DNA of 62,889 bases, the filler included. It is 3 parts of 3 records of this genome, joined end to end, with 100 filler letters (N's around TTAATTAATTAA, not from the genome) between each part and the next. Parts side by side here need not be neighbours in the genome. Positions count along the whole stretch, not along the records: positions 1 to 26,065 come from DRR378314_2462; 2 more parts are not named here. The stretch is one strand, 5' to 3'. The notes under the pieces were generated by a model. It was not told the origin of the DNA, ran no database searches, and saw only the letters and a program-made list of their open reading frames with translations. Of this stretch, positions 1 to 10,321 are shown in pieces; within the stretch, counting starts at the first letter, position 1, and each line of letters opens with the position of its first letter. A program made the translations under genes and the position numbers.

Positions 1-696
1 GCTGACCACCGGAATGATCGCATTGCGCAGGGCGTGTTTGAACAGCACCCGGCCTTCGGCGGCGCCCTTTGCGCGTGCGGTGCGGATAAAGTCCGAATTC
101 AGCACGTCCAGCATGCCGGCCCGCGTCAATCGCATGATGGCGGGCATCGCGTAGTAGCCAAGCACGATGGTCGGCATGATGAAATGCCGCCAGGTCGCCG
201 CGCCAGAAGGCGGCAGCCAGCCCAGCTGAATGGCAAACACAACGATCAGAATGAGGCCAAACCAGAACGACGGCATCGCCTGACCGGCAACGGATAGGAA
301 CAGCGCGACGCGGTCGATGAGGGAGTTGGGACGGATCGCAGCAGCCACGCCAAGAGGAACGGCGGTGAGGAGGGCAAACAGGATACCACAGACCCCCAGC
401 AGCATGGTCACTTGCAGACGCTCTGCGATCAGGCTGGCGACGGGCAGTTTGAAATAATAGCTCTCGCCAAAATCGCCCTGCACGGCCGAGACCAGCCATT
501 CGCCGTATTGCACCAACATGGGGCGGTCAAAACCATAGAGGCGGCGGATGGCCTCGACATCTTCGCCGCTGGCGGTTTCGCCAGCCAGGGCGGCTGCAGG
601 ATCTCCGGACAAAAACAGCAAGGAAAAACTGATGAAGCTGACGGTCAAAGCCACTAGCAAAGCCAGGCCCAGTCTCTTCAGGATGAATGGAAGCAT
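1..696 (-). CDS. Peptide/nickel-type ABC transporter permease (DppB/OppB family), 3' end off the window edge
   Basis: Manual translation from ATG at 696: MLPFILKRLGLALLVALTVSFISFSLLFLSGDPA...RLTRAGMLDVLNSDFIRTARAKG...HALRNAIIPVV, containing the EAA-loop motif. Lies downstream of a family-5 binding protein. Confidence 0.92.
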   Translation of the reverse strand, partial: MLPFILKRLGLALLVALTVSFISFSLLFLSGDPAAALAGETASGEDVEAIRRLYGFDRPMLVQYGEWLVSAVQGDFGESYYFKLPVASLIAERLQVTMLLGVCGILFALLTAVPLGVAAAIRPNSLIDRVALFLSVAGQAMPSFWFGLILIVVFAIQLGWLPPSGAATWRHFIMPTIVLGYYAMPAIMRLTRAGMLDVLNSDFIRTARAKGAAEGRVLFKHALRNAIIPVVS

Positions 697-805
697 GAGG
701 TACCTCGGGCGTCAGGCACTATAGGCCCGCGCATCTGGGGATGTGTCGTGTGAGGAGCGTGTCGGGAGGAGGGTGAGGGGCGCAGGGCCCCTCACCAGAG
801 GCAGA

Positions 806-2329
806 TCAGTTCCAGGACATGTCCACGAACCGCAGCACCTCGTCGGCAGTCGGCGTGTAGCTGACGTCGCCGGTGAAGACGTAGTTGGTGTTGTAGCTGA
901 ACATCGGCGCCCAATAGGCTTCCTTGGTGATCTTCTTCAGCGCCTTGGTGTAATTCTCGATCCGCTCGTCCGGGTTGGTGGAGCTGTCGGCCGCGTCCAG
1001 CCACTCCAGCACTTCATCGTCACGGGTGCTGTCAAGCGAGCCGTGCTTGAAGAACTGGCTGACCATGGCGGAGGCGTCGTTGATCGAATAGCTGCCCCAG
1101 GTCTGGAACGACAGCGGCACTTCGCCTTTCATGTTCAGCTCGCGCAGGGCGGAGTACTGAAGCATCTTGAAGTCGGTGTCGATGCCGACCGCGTTGAGGT
1201 AGGACGAGATCGCCTCGGCGTACTGACGGTCGCGATACGCATAGAACGGCGTGCTGAACCCATCCGGATAGCCAGCTTCGGCCAGCAATTCCTTCGCCTT
1301 TTCAGGGTTGTAGTCATAGGTGGTCACATCCTGCACGCAGCCGAACTGGCTGGGGAAACAGGGGGTGTTGATGACTTGGCTCGACCCTTGCAGCAGCGCT
1401 TCGACCAGTTCTTCGCGGTTGATCGCGTAGTTGACCGCCTCGCGCACCTTGGCATTGGTGAAAGGGTTGTCCTCGCCGGAACGACCTGCGGAGTCCATCT
1501 GCAGATAGCCCACGCGCATGGTGGATTCATTGGCAACGGTGAACTGACCCATCTCGGCCAGCTTCTCGGCCTGATCCGCAGGCACCTGCCAGATCAGATC
1601 CAGCGAGCCGGAGAACAGCTCTGCCATCTGGGTGTTGACGTCGGGAATGGTGCGGATGTCGATTTTGTCGATTTCCGGCTGACCTTTGGGGCTGTTGTGG
1701 TAGTTTTCATTCTTTTCCAGCACGAAATGCTGTCCCGGAACCACGTCGGTCACTTTGTAGGGGCCGGTGCCGACGGGCTTCAGACCCATGCCGGAGGGGC
1801 CAGCCTCGGCATAGTATTCATTCGGGTACATGGACACGGGGCCGGAGAGGAATTCGATCGCCGCCGGGAATTTGTCCTTCAGCAGGATGCGCACGGTATA
1901 GTCGTCGACTTTCTCTGCCGACTTCATCCAGTTCACGTTGCGCTGCGTCTTCACGCCGTTTTCTTCCTTGGCGACGTAGTTGACGGTGTAGACGACGTCA
2001 TCGGCGTTGAAGGGTTCGCCATTGTGGAACGTGACCCCCTCGCGCAGCTTCAGCTCCAGCGTGGTGTCGTCGATCCACTCCCAGCTGGTGGCCAGGTTGC
2101 CGATGTATTCGTTGGTCTTCGGGTCACGGTAGATCAGTCCGTCCCAAACGGCGCGCTGCATCACGACCCCTTCGCGGGAGGAGTTGAAGTAGCTGTCGAC
2201 GTTTTCCAGCTCCTTGGTGAAAGCCACACTCAGCGTACCAGACGCCTTGTCCGCAAGGGCGGGCATGGCGGTGGTGGAGGCCAGCGTGAGCGCGACGAGC
2301 GCGGAGCGGGTGAAGGAGTGATCAGTCAT
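806..2329 (-). CDS. ABC transporter substrate-binding protein, family 5 (DppA/OppA-like)
   Basis: Signal peptide; motifs LATSWEW-DD-T-ELKLREGVTFHNGEPFNADDV, PVGTGPYK, VREAVNYAINRE, YNPEKAKELLAEAGY. Confidence 0.95.
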   Translation of the reverse strand: MTDHSFTRSALVALTLASTTAMPALADKASGTLSVAFTKELENVDSYFNSSREGVVMQRAVWDGLIYRDPKTNEYIGNLATSWEWIDDTTLELKLREGVTFHNGEPFNADDVVYTVNYVAKEENGVKTQRNVNWMKSAEKVDDYTVRILLKDKFPAAIEFLSGPVSMYPNEYYAEAGPSGMGLKPVGTGPYKVTDVVPGQHFVLEKNENYHNSPKGQPEIDKIDIRTIPDVNTQMAELFSGSLDLIWQVPADQAEKLAEMGQFTVANESTMRVGYLQMDSAGRSGEDNPFTNAKVREAVNYAINREELVEALLQGSSQVINTPCFPSQFGCVQDVTTYDYNPEKAKELLAEAGYPDGFSTPFYAYRDRQYAEAISSYLNAVGIDTDFKMLQYSALRELNMKGEVPLSFQTWGSYSINDASAMVSQFFKHGSLDSTRDDEVLEWLDAADSSTNPDERIENYTKALKKITKEAYWAPMFSYNTNYVFTGDVSYTPTADEVLRFVDMSWN

Positions 2330-2477
2330 GTCATTTCCCTGTCTATACGATGGAGTGATTGCGGTATCATTATTTGATACTTATGATCGTTATTTAACCA
2401 TCATACTCAGATGCTGACGGCGTCCGTCAAGTCTTTGTTACAGGCGCTCATTTAAGACCCGGCAGGAATGGAAAAAG

Positions 2478-3242
2478 ATGTTGGAAAAAAAGCAGAATCC
2501 GCTGTTCGTCGGAACCCTTGCAAAGGGTCTGCGTTTGCTGCGGGCGTTCGACGAATCACATGTGTCTCTGTCGCTGGCCGAGCTGGTCACGCTCACCGGT
2601 CTGGAGAAAAGCGCGGTACAGCGCATGGCGCATACGCTCCATCAAGAGGGGATGCTGGAGCGTGATCCCGGTACGCGTCGCTATCGGCCCAGCCATGCCT
2701 GGCTGGAGTTGGCCTATGCCTATTACTGGTCGGATCCACTCATTTCCCGTGCACTTCCAAAGCTGGTGGAATTCAGCCGTGTCCATGGCGAAACAGTGAA
2801 TCTGGCGCAGATTTCGGGCGATCACATCATCTACTCGTTGCGCCTGCCCAACCAGCGGACACAGTTTGCCGCCAGCATCGTGGGGCGTCGATTGCCCGCA
2901 CTTGGTACGGCGTCCGGGCGGGTGATGCTGGCAACCTGGTCTGAGGCGGAAGTTGCGCAGGCATTGGAAACCTGGCCGATCCGGGCGGCGACACCAAAGA
3001 CGATCACCGACCGCCAGGCCATTGCCGACGGTATCGCCTGCGCATCACAGGACGGCTACTCGATCACGCAGGGTCAGATGATGTTGAACGAAATCAGTTT
3101 GGCGGTCCCGATCACCGGCATCGATGGTCGTGCGAATGCGGCACTGCAAGTTGCCGTCTCCAGCCATAGTTTTGATATCGAGCGGGTGAAGGAGGAGCTG
3201 CTGCCAGCCTTGATCGACACCGCGAGCGGTATTCCCGGCTGA
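2478..3242 (+). CDS. IclR-family transcriptional regulator
   Basis: N-terminal HTH (KGLRLLRAF...LAELVTLTGLEKSAVQRMAHTL); effector-domain motif GRRLPALGTASGRVMLA; divergent from the ABC operon. Confidence 0.93.
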   Translation: MLEKKQNPLFVGTLAKGLRLLRAFDESHVSLSLAELVTLTGLEKSAVQRMAHTLHQEGMLERDPGTRRYRPSHAWLELAYAYYWSDPLISRALPKLVEFSRVHGETVNLAQISGDHIIYSLRLPNQRTQFAASIVGRRLPALGTASGRVMLATWSEAEVAQALETWPIRAATPKTITDRQAIADGIACASQDGYSITQGQMMLNEISLAVPITGIDGRANAALQVAVSSHSFDIERVKEELLPALIDTASGIPG

Positions 3243-3245
3243 CGC

Positions 3246-5753
3246 TTAGGGTGCTGATGGTGCGCCGTGCCGCAGCAGATCGCGCAGGGCGGATTCCGTC
3301 ACTGGTTTTTCCAATCGTCCGGGCCCGGTTGCCGTGCGCAGGGCGGCAGGCATCCCGGCGATGCTGCGCGTTGACATGACGATCAACCGACAGGTCGGGT
3401 GCTGCGTGCGGGCAAGATGCAAGAGATCCCAGCCTGAGGCGCCATGGTCGAGGTTGAGGTCGCTCAACACCAGATCAACGGCGTGCAGACGGGTGATTGC
3501 TGCGGCCCCCTCGGCATAGCTTTCTGCCCGCAGTACGGTAAACCCTATACCTTCCAGGGCCTGTGCCGCCGATGTGAGATAGGTCGGATCATCGTCTACC
3601 ACAACCGCCGTGCCGCTGACCAAGGTGCTGGCAGAGAGGTCCACGGGCTGCTCCAAGGGTGGAAAGCTGAGATGAACCTCGGTGCCTTCATTTACGGTGG
3701 AGGACAAGGACAGCCGCCCACCGGACTGATGGACGAAACCATCCACCATCGACAGGCCGAGACCAGTGCCGCTGCCATCGCTGCGATGGGTGAAAAACGG
3801 TTCGGTGGCATGTTGCAGCACCTCGGGCGACATGCCGCAGCCATCGTCGCGGATGCGCAGGCACGCGCCGCTATCGGGATTTTCTGTCACGGTCACATGG
3901 ATCTGCCCGGCGCCATCAATGGCCTGACCCGCGTTGACGCACAGGTTGAGAATCGCGCTTTCCAACTGGCCGGGGTCGACCCGCGCCAGTACTGGTTCTG
4001 CCGCCAGATCGAACTCCAGCTCGACGGTTTCGGGCAGCGCGATTTCGAGCAGATCTGCCATGCCCTCCACCAATAAACCGACATCTGTCACCTGCGGCTC
4101 CAGATGTTGTTTGCGGGCAAAAGCCAACAGGCGTTCGGTCAGCGATACGCCCAGATCCAGCGCTGCGCCAATGCGATCACGGATGCGCTCTGCGTCCTCG
4201 TTCGAGGCCGCAGACATCAGATGCATGTTGCCGGAGATGCTCGACAGGATATTGCCGAAATCATGGGCAACCTCACCGGTGACTTTCCCGAGCGTTTCCA
4301 CCCGGCGGATCTCTTCCAGCCGTTCGTCAATGCGCTTGCGCTCGGTGGTTTCCGACAGAAGCCAAACCGCGCCGCCATCGGGCAGGGGGGAATGGCGCAG
4401 CTCCAGCACATGGCCGGAGGCATCGACATATTCTTCAAAGCCACCCCGCTCGCCCGCGCTGGCCTGGCGGGTAAAGGCGGAGCGCGCAATGAGGTCCTGC
4501 ATGTCGGCTGGCGCGTTCGGCTGGCCCTCCGGCGGCAGCCGCAGGAGGCTGCGCAGATTGTCGTTTTCCGCCTCGATCTGCCCACTGGCGGCGGAAATTG
4601 CGACACCGTCCTTGATGTTGCGAAAAACACGGGAAAACAGCGCGTTCTGACGCCGGATTTCTCCGGTGCGGCGGTCCAGTTTGCGGGCGTTGTCGCGAAA
4701 CACCTGAAACGCGGCATAGAGCTGGCCGATCTCATCATCCGACACGCGGGCACGGGGAAGGTCGCTGCGGTGGTCCCCTGCCGCCAGCGTGCGCATCGCA
4801 TCGGCGATGCGGCGCAGGTTCCGTGCGACATAGCGCGACACATACAGCGCCGAGGTCACGGCGACCAGAAGGCTGACCAACGTCAGCGCGAGAAAGGAGT
4901 TCTTTGCGATGCCGAGGTTGTTTGACGTCTCGGTTCGGGCCTGTGACAGGCGCGCCTCGGCCTGGGCGACTTTTTCCTCGGCATAGGTGGTGATGCGGCC
5001 TGCCTGCTGGCGAATGCGAAACAGGGCGTTCTCTGCATCAAGCTGGGCCGCGATCGTTCGATGCTTAAGCGCAAACAGACCGTCGCTGCGGCGAACGGCG
5101 GCCTGAATTTCCGCAAAAGTTGCCTGGTGAACCGGCATCAAGGCGGGTTCGATCCGGTCTCGGGTGGTCGTGTAGCGGCGGGTGAATTCCCCCAGTTCGA
5201 TCAGCGCGTTTGCACGACCCGCACCGATCGCACTGGCGGTCAGCTGTTGAAGTTCGGCCCAGACCTCGCGTTCCGGCAACGGCAGGGAGGTATCGCCGGA
5301 CAGGCGCCGCACGCGCTGGTTCAATCGCAACATGTCGCGGTCTATGGCGGTGAGGGCGGCAATGCGTGCGGTTTGCGGCACCAGCGCTGAGGTCAAATCG
5401 TCGATTGCCAGCCGAAGCCGCGCCAGCGGCAGGTCGAGTGCGGGGTCATTGGCCGCCTGGTCCTCGATGCTGCGGAGGTTCTGCAAGACGCTCTGTGCCT
5501 CTTGCTCCAGCTGGAAGGGCGGAAACAGCGCGTAGAGAAAGGGCGCAGAGGTTGCGAGATCCGCGGAGCGTCGCGACAGTTCCAGCGCGTCGGAGACTTC
5601 GGTCAGCGTGTCCTGATGCAGGACATTCATCCACAGTTCGGTCCGGTTCAGCACGCGCATCCCGATGAGGCTGACCAGCAGGATCAAGCCAAACAGCACG
5701 GCGATGGCGGCGGACAGGCGAAAGCGAATGCTGAGACGAGAGAGGATGGACAT
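3246..5753 (-). CDS. Membrane hybrid sensor histidine kinase (periplasmic helical sensor, HAMP, PAS-like, HisKA, HATPase, receiver)
   Basis: Two TM segments; HAMP DEIGQL; H-box EVAHDFGNIL; N-box LNLCVNA; G-boxes DDGCGM and GTGLGL; C-terminal receiver VVVDDD. Confidence 0.93.
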   Translation of the reverse strand: MSILSRLSIRFRLSAAIAVLFGLILLVSLIGMRVLNRTELWMNVLHQDTLTEVSDALELSRRSADLATSAPFLYALFPPFQLEQEAQSVLQNLRSIEDQAANDPALDLPLARLRLAIDDLTSALVPQTARIAALTAIDRDMLRLNQRVRRLSGDTSLPLPEREVWAELQQLTASAIGAGRANALIELGEFTRRYTTTRDRIEPALMPVHQATFAEIQAAVRRSDGLFALKHRTIAAQLDAENALFRIRQQAGRITTYAEEKVAQAEARLSQARTETSNNLGIAKNSFLALTLVSLLVAVTSALYVSRYVARNLRRIADAMRTLAAGDHRSDLPRARVSDDEIGQLYAAFQVFRDNARKLDRRTGEIRRQNALFSRVFRNIKDGVAISAASGQIEAENDNLRSLLRLPPEGQPNAPADMQDLIARSAFTRQASAGERGGFEEYVDASGHVLELRHSPLPDGGAVWLLSETTERKRIDERLEEIRRVETLGKVTGEVAHDFGNILSSISGNMHLMSAASNEDAERIRDRIGAALDLGVSLTERLLAFARKQHLEPQVTDVGLLVEGMADLLEIALPETVELEFDLAAEPVLARVDPGQLESAILNLCVNAGQAIDGAGQIHVTVTENPDSGACLRIRDDGCGMSPEVLQHATEPFFTHRSDGSGTGLGLSMVDGFVHQSGGRLSLSSTVNEGTEVHLSFPPLEQPVDLSASTLVSGTAVVVDDDPTYLTSAAQALEGIGFTVLRAESYAEGAAAITRLHAVDLVLSDLNLDHGASGWDLLHLARTQHPTCRLIVMSTRSIAGMPAALRTATGPGRLEKPVTESALRDLLRHGAPSAP

Positions 5754-5765
5754 CGGATGCTGGGC

Positions 5766-6491
5766 TCAGTTTGGCGACAGGTGGAACACATAGCCCTGTG
5801 ACCTGCGCGTGAGCAGATGTACCGGCTTTGATGGCACCGCTTCGATCTTGCGACGCAATCGCAGGATCAGCACGTCGATGGTGCGATCCACATAGCGCTG
5901 CATGTCGGACCCCAGCTCCTCCAGCAACTCCGGGCGGGGAATGGTGCGTTCCGGGTTGCGTGCAAAATACTCCAGCAGACGGTATTCCGCATTGGTCAGC
6001 GGTATTTCATCGCCCGACTGATCCAGCAGCCGGCGCGATTGCAGGTCGATGCGCAGGCTGCCAAAGGCGATTTCCTGACCCGGGGCAGGGGCGGGCACCC
6101 GCTGGCTGCCCAAGCCATAGCGCCGCAGCACCGCACGGATGCGGGCGACCAGCTCGCGCGGGTTGAACGGTTTGATCAGATAATCATCCGCGCCGGTTTC
6201 CAGCCCGATGATCTTGTCGATCTCATCACCAACGCCTGTCAGCATGACGATCGGAATCTCGTAGCGCTCCCGGATGTGGATCGCCAGGGTCAGACCGGAT
6301 TCACCCTGAAGCCGCAGGTCGATCAAGGCCAGATCCACCGGGGGCGGGTCGCCAAGCGCAAGAAAGGCCGCGATATCCGGACAGCAGACCGGAGCGAAAC
6401 CGCTGTCGCGCATCAGGGCGGACAGGGTTTCACGCACGTTTGGATCATCGTCCACGATCGCGATGAGTGGCTCTGACTTGCCTGACTGCAT
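5766..6491 (-). CDS. OmpR/PhoB-family response regulator
   Basis: Receiver motifs IVDDD, LIDL, GADDYLIKPF; winged helix DRTIDVLILRLRRKIE. Confidence 0.96.
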   Translation of the reverse strand: MQSGKSEPLIAIVDDDPNVRETLSALMRDSGFAPVCCPDIAAFLALGDPPPVDLALIDLRLQGESGLTLAIHIRERYEIPIVMLTGVGDEIDKIIGLETGADDYLIKPFNPRELVARIRAVLRRYGLGSQRVPAPAPGQEIAFGSLRIDLQSRRLLDQSGDEIPLTNAEYRLLEYFARNPERTIPRPELLEELGSDMQRYVDRTIDVLILRLRRKIEAVPSKPVHLLTRRSQGYVFHLSPN

Positions 6492-6738
6492 TCCTGCCTC
6501 CTCCTCCTGCTCTGACCGGGGGTGCGCGCCTGCTGTTGTGGCACAGATGTCAAAAAACGCTAGCAGCTCAAAAGGCCTGCAACGGCATTTGAAACATTGT
6601 TAACATGAAAGCCGGGTTCCGGCTGTTTCATTAACATAACCTGTCTCGCTTCGGATGGCAGGTGGTCACTATCCTTTCTTCACCAGCGCCGTGACGGGTG
6701 GGAGACCGTTCCACCACTGGCGTTAAAGGGAGGAAAAC

Positions 6739-7722
6739 ATGGTAAAATTCTGGACCCGTGCCACGACGGCACTGGGCGTTCTGTCGATGAGCGCCGTGGC
6801 TGCAACTGCGGCAGAAGAGTGCGCGGAGCGTGGCGCGTTGGATGTGCTCTACTGCGATGCAAACGGCGACCTGGTGGCCGATACGCCCACCGATCCGGCG
6901 GAACTGAGCAACCCCGACACGCTGGTGTTTGCCTATACGCCGGTCGAAGATCCCGCAGTCTATGCCGACATCTGGGAGCCCTTCATCACCCATCTGGAAG
7001 AGGCGACAGGCAAGGACGTGCAGTTCTTTGCCGTGCAGTCGAACTCTGCCGAGGTTGAGGCGATGCGCTCCGGTCGTTTGCATGTGGCAGGCTTCTCCAC
7101 CGGGCCGACACCGTTTGCGGTGAACCTTGCCGGTGCGGTGCCCTTTGCGATCATGGGCGCGGCAGATGGCCAGTTCGGCTACAAGCTGCAGGTCTTCACT
7201 CAGGCTGACAGCGACATCAAGGAAGTGAAGGATCTGGCGGGCCGTCGTGTTGCGCATACCTCGCCGACCTCGAACTCCGGCAACCAGGCGCCGCGCGCGC
7301 TGTTCCCGGATCTGGGCGTAGAGCCCGACAAGGATTACGAGGTGGTCTACTCCGGGTCGCATGACCAGTCGATGCTGGGTGTGGTCGCGGGCGACTATGA
7401 TGCGGCGCCGGTGGCGTCCGAAGTGGTCGACCGTATGGCAGAACGCGGTCTTTATGACACCGCTGACGTGCGCAAGATCTGGGAGAGCGATCCGTTCCCG
7501 ACCACCTCCTTCACGCTGGCACATGATCTTGATCCGGCGCTGGCTGACAAGATCAAGGACGCCTTCTTCTCCTTCGATTTTGCCGGCACCAAGCTGGGCG
7601 ATGAGTTCGACGGCGTCAGCAAGTTCATTCCGATCACCTACAAGGATCAATGGGCGGTCATCCGTCAGATCCAGAAGTCCAACGGCGTGGAATACACACC
7701 GCAGGGCCTGGCCGGAAACTGA
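6739..7722 (+). CDS. phnD: Phosphate/phosphite/phosphonate ABC transporter substrate-binding protein (PhnD family)
   Basis: Signal peptide; SPTSNSG ligand motif and SGSHDQS; first gene of a phnD-C-E-E block; RBS GGGAGG upstream. Confidence 0.88.
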   Translation: MVKFWTRATTALGVLSMSAVAATAAEECAERGALDVLYCDANGDLVADTPTDPAELSNPDTLVFAYTPVEDPAVYADIWEPFITHLEEATGKDVQFFAVQSNSAEVEAMRSGRLHVAGFSTGPTPFAVNLAGAVPFAIMGAADGQFGYKLQVFTQADSDIKEVKDLAGRRVAHTSPTSNSGNQAPRALFPDLGVEPDKDYEVVYSGSHDQSMLGVVAGDYDAAPVASEVVDRMAERGLYDTADVRKIWESDPFPTTSFTLAHDLDPALADKIKDAFFSFDFAGTKLGDEFDGVSKFIPITYKDQWAVIRQIQKSNGVEYTPQGLAGN

Positions 7723-7736
7723 TCCACACATCCCGT

Positions 7737-7768
7737 CCCGGTCGGCGCAGCAGCCGACCGGGGCTTTT
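7737..7768 (+). terminator. Intercistronic GC hairpin after phnD (mRNA stabiliser or partial terminator)
   Basis: CCCGGTCGGC-gcagca-GCCGACCGGG, a perfect 10-bp stem followed by GCTTTT. Confidence 0.6.
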
Positions 7769-7842
7769 CGCGGCTTCCCGCGTGTGTTCGCCTGTCGGAC
7801 CGCGTGGCAGAGGCGGGGCCGCGCATTGTCCGAGAGGCCGCT

Positions 7843-8616
7843 ATGCTTAAAATCTCCAAATTGACCAAACGCTACGGATCCGGTGATCCGGTGTTGAAAG
7901 AGCTGGACCTGACCGTCGAGGGCGATCAGCTGACGTCCGTCATCGGGTCATCCGGTGCGGGCAAGAGTACGCTGTTGCGCTGCATCAACCGGCTGGTCGA
8001 ACCCACCTCCGGCTCCGTTGATCTGAACGGCACCGAGTTCACCACATTGAACCGTCGCGAGCTGCGCGCCGCCCGCCGTCGTATCGGCATGGTGTTTCAG
8101 AGCTTCAACCTGATCGACCGTCTGACGGTGATGGAGAATGTGCAGTCCGGGCGGCTTGGCTACATCTCGACCTGGGCGGCGCTGACGCGGCGCTATCCCC
8201 GTGATGACATCCGCCACGCCTACGAGCTGATGGAGCGGGTTGGCATCGCACATTATGCCAACAAACGCGCCGATGAACTGTCGGGCGGTGAGCGTCAGCG
8301 GGTCGGCGTGGTGCGTGCCTTGATGCAGCGCCCCGAAATCCTGCTGGCGGATGAGCCGACCGCGTCGCTTGACCCGAAAACCTCGGAACAGATCATGTCG
8401 CTGCTGCGCGATCTGGCAAGCGAACTGAAACTGCCGGTCATCATCAACATCCACAACGTGACCGAGGCCAAGGAATACAGCGACCGTATCGTGGGCATGC
8501 GCTACGGGCGGATCATCTTTGACGATCTGCCGGCACAGCTGGGCAAGGCGGAGATGGACGAGATCTACGCCGGGGTTCCGGCAGAGGATCGTGCGCAGGT
8601 CGGGGCGGCGGCATGA
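7843..8616 (+). CDS. phnC: Phosphonate-type ABC transporter ATP-binding protein
   Basis: Walker A GSSGAGKS, signature LSGGERQR, Walker B LLADEPTASLDP; start moved to ATG 7843 behind RBS GAGAGG. Confidence 0.92.
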   Translation: MLKISKLTKRYGSGDPVLKELDLTVEGDQLTSVIGSSGAGKSTLLRCINRLVEPTSGSVDLNGTEFTTLNRRELRAARRRIGMVFQSFNLIDRLTVMENVQSGRLGYISTWAALTRRYPRDDIRHAYELMERVGIAHYANKRADELSGGERQRVGVVRALMQRPEILLADEPTASLDPKTSEQIMSLLRDLASELKLPVIINIHNVTEAKEYSDRIVGMRYGRIIFDDLPAQLGKAEMDEIYAGVPAEDRAQVGAAA

Positions 8617-9407
8617 ACGAGGTCAGAGATACCTGGCGCAAACCGCCGTTCATCGCCAGCCCGCTGTTGCGGTATGGGCTTTATGCTGCCGTTGCGATCT
8701 ACTTTGTCTTCACGTTGGTCACGCTGCCCATCGACTGGGACCGGGTGGCCGACGGCATGACCCGGGCGCAGCGCATTTTCAGCGGTGCCTTCCCACCGAG
8801 TTTTGAACGCTCCGGCCTACTGATTGACGGCTTTCTGGAGAGCCTGAAGATCGCCATTCTGGCAACCGTTGGCGGCATTGCCCTGTCGGTGCCACTGGCG
8901 TTCATGGCTGCAAGTAACATCTCGATAAAGCCGATCTACTTTCTGGGTCGTGGCATCATCATCGTTGCCCGCAGCTTTCACCCGGTGATCGTGGCGATCA
9001 TCTTTGTGAAAGCCGTTGGCTTTGGCCCGTTTGCCGGGGCGTTGACCCTGGTGGTCTATTCCATCGGATTTGTCGCCAAGCTTCTGGCCGAGCGCATTGA
9101 AGAGATTGATTTTGGTCAGGTCGAGGCGATGCGTGCCGCGGGGGCCGGTTTCATCCCGACGCTGGCCTACGCGGTGATGCCGCAGATCATGCCCCGTCTG
9201 GTCGGTCTTGGGATCTATCAGCTGGACAGCAACTTGCGCGCATCTGCCGTGGTCGGAATTGTCGGCGCGGGCGGGATTGGTGCGACATTGGCGAATGCCT
9301 TTGGTCGCTATGACTATGACTTTGCACTCGCCATCACCATGGTCATCGTGGGCGTGATCCTCGTGTCCGAGGCAGTGAGCGGATTTGTCAGGAAGCGGAT
9401 CGCATGA
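8613..9407 (+). CDS. phnE: Phosphonate-type ABC transporter permease
   Basis: Hydrophobic; AERIEEID-GQVEAMRAAGA and VGIVGAGGIG motifs; ATGA overlap with phnC. Confidence 0.9.
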   Translation: MNEVRDTWRKPPFIASPLLRYGLYAAVAIYFVFTLVTLPIDWDRVADGMTRAQRIFSGAFPPSFERSGLLIDGFLESLKIAILATVGGIALSVPLAFMAASNISIKPIYFLGRGIIIVARSFHPVIVAIIFVKAVGFGPFAGALTLVVYSIGFVAKLLAERIEEIDFGQVEAMRAAGAGFIPTLAYAVMPQIMPRLVGLGIYQLDSNLRASAVVGIVGAGGIGATLANAFGRYDYDFALAITMVIVGVILVSEAVSGFVRKRIA

Positions 9408-10216
9408 TGAGCACTCAACCTTTGCAAAACACGCTTGACCACTGGTCTCGCTTCACCTTGCGTCAGCGCCTGATGCGCTATGGCGGGTTGGCCCTGACCC
9501 TGTTGGTTGTCAGCTGGGCGCTCAGCAGCATCGACGTGATCTGGGCCTGGGTCTGGGATGCGCCGTCGCAAATGGGCGACCTGTTTGGCCGCATGATGCC
9601 GCCGGATCCCTCGAACCTGCCGTCGATCCTCGAGGCGATTTGGCAGACCGTCAATATTGCCACGCTGGCGACGATGATCGCCGTGGTGGTGTCCTTGCCG
9701 GTGGCCTATATCGCCGCGCAGAACACCACGCCGAACAAGTTCGCGCTTTGGGTTGGCCGCTTTATCCTGGTGTCGTCGCGGTCGGTGAACACCATCATCT
9801 GGGCGCTACTGTTCGTGGCCATCTTCGGCCCCGGTATCGTGGCGGGGATCGTGGCGATCATGTTCCGTTCGATCGGGTTTCTGGGCAAACTGCTGGGCGA
9901 GGCGATCGAAGAGATTGATCGCAAGCCGGTAGAGGCGCTGGAGGCCTGCGGCGCGTCGCGCTTCAAGGTGGTGCTCTATGGGATCGTGCCACAGGTGATG
10001 CCCGCGTTCTTTGCCGTGGCGATCCTGCGCTGGGATATCAACCTGCGGGAATCCACCGTTCTCGGCCTTGTTGGCGCGGGCGGTATCGGGATGATTCTGC
10101 AGGGGGCGATCGACACCTTCAACTGGCCCGAAGTGTCGATGGTTCTGCTGACCATTCTGGCGTTGGTTGTTTTTGGCGAGGTGGTGTCGTCGTATCTGCG
10201 CAAGAAGATCCTCTGA
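9404..10216 (+). CDS. phnE: Phosphonate-type ABC transporter permease (second copy)
   Basis: EAIEEIDRKPVEALEACGA and NLRESTVLGLVGAGGIG motifs; ATGA overlap with the first permease. Confidence 0.9.
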   Translation: MMSTQPLQNTLDHWSRFTLRQRLMRYGGLALTLLVVSWALSSIDVIWAWVWDAPSQMGDLFGRMMPPDPSNLPSILEAIWQTVNIATLATMIAVVVSLPVAYIAAQNTTPNKFALWVGRFILVSSRSVNTIIWALLFVAIFGPGIVAGIVAIMFRSIGFLGKLLGEAIEEIDRKPVEALEACGASRFKVVLYGIVPQVMPAFFAVAILRWDINLRESTVLGLVGAGGIGMILQGAIDTFNWPEVSMVLLTILALVVFGEVVSSYLRKKIL

Positions 10217-10240
10217 CGGGCGCAGGCCTGCAGTTATGAA

Positions 10241-10269
10241 AGAGGGCTCCGATCATGTCGGGGCCCTTT
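10241..10269 (+). terminator. Rho-independent terminator after the phn operon
   Basis: AGAGGGCTCCGA-tcatg-TCGGGGCCCTTT stem with G:U pairs and a T-rich tail; lies between convergent genes. Confidence 0.65.
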
Positions 10270-10321
10270 GTCATTTTGCGCCGCTTCGGGTCTGCCATCC
10301 GAGAGGCACAGTGGCCGGGTT

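Noticed and set aside
6590-6650. Possible Pho box upstream of phnD (AACAT/TTAACAT repeats, CTGT motifs)
   Set aside because: No CTGTCAT-like direct repeat with 11-bp spacing. It may be a site for the adjacent regulator but cannot be supported.
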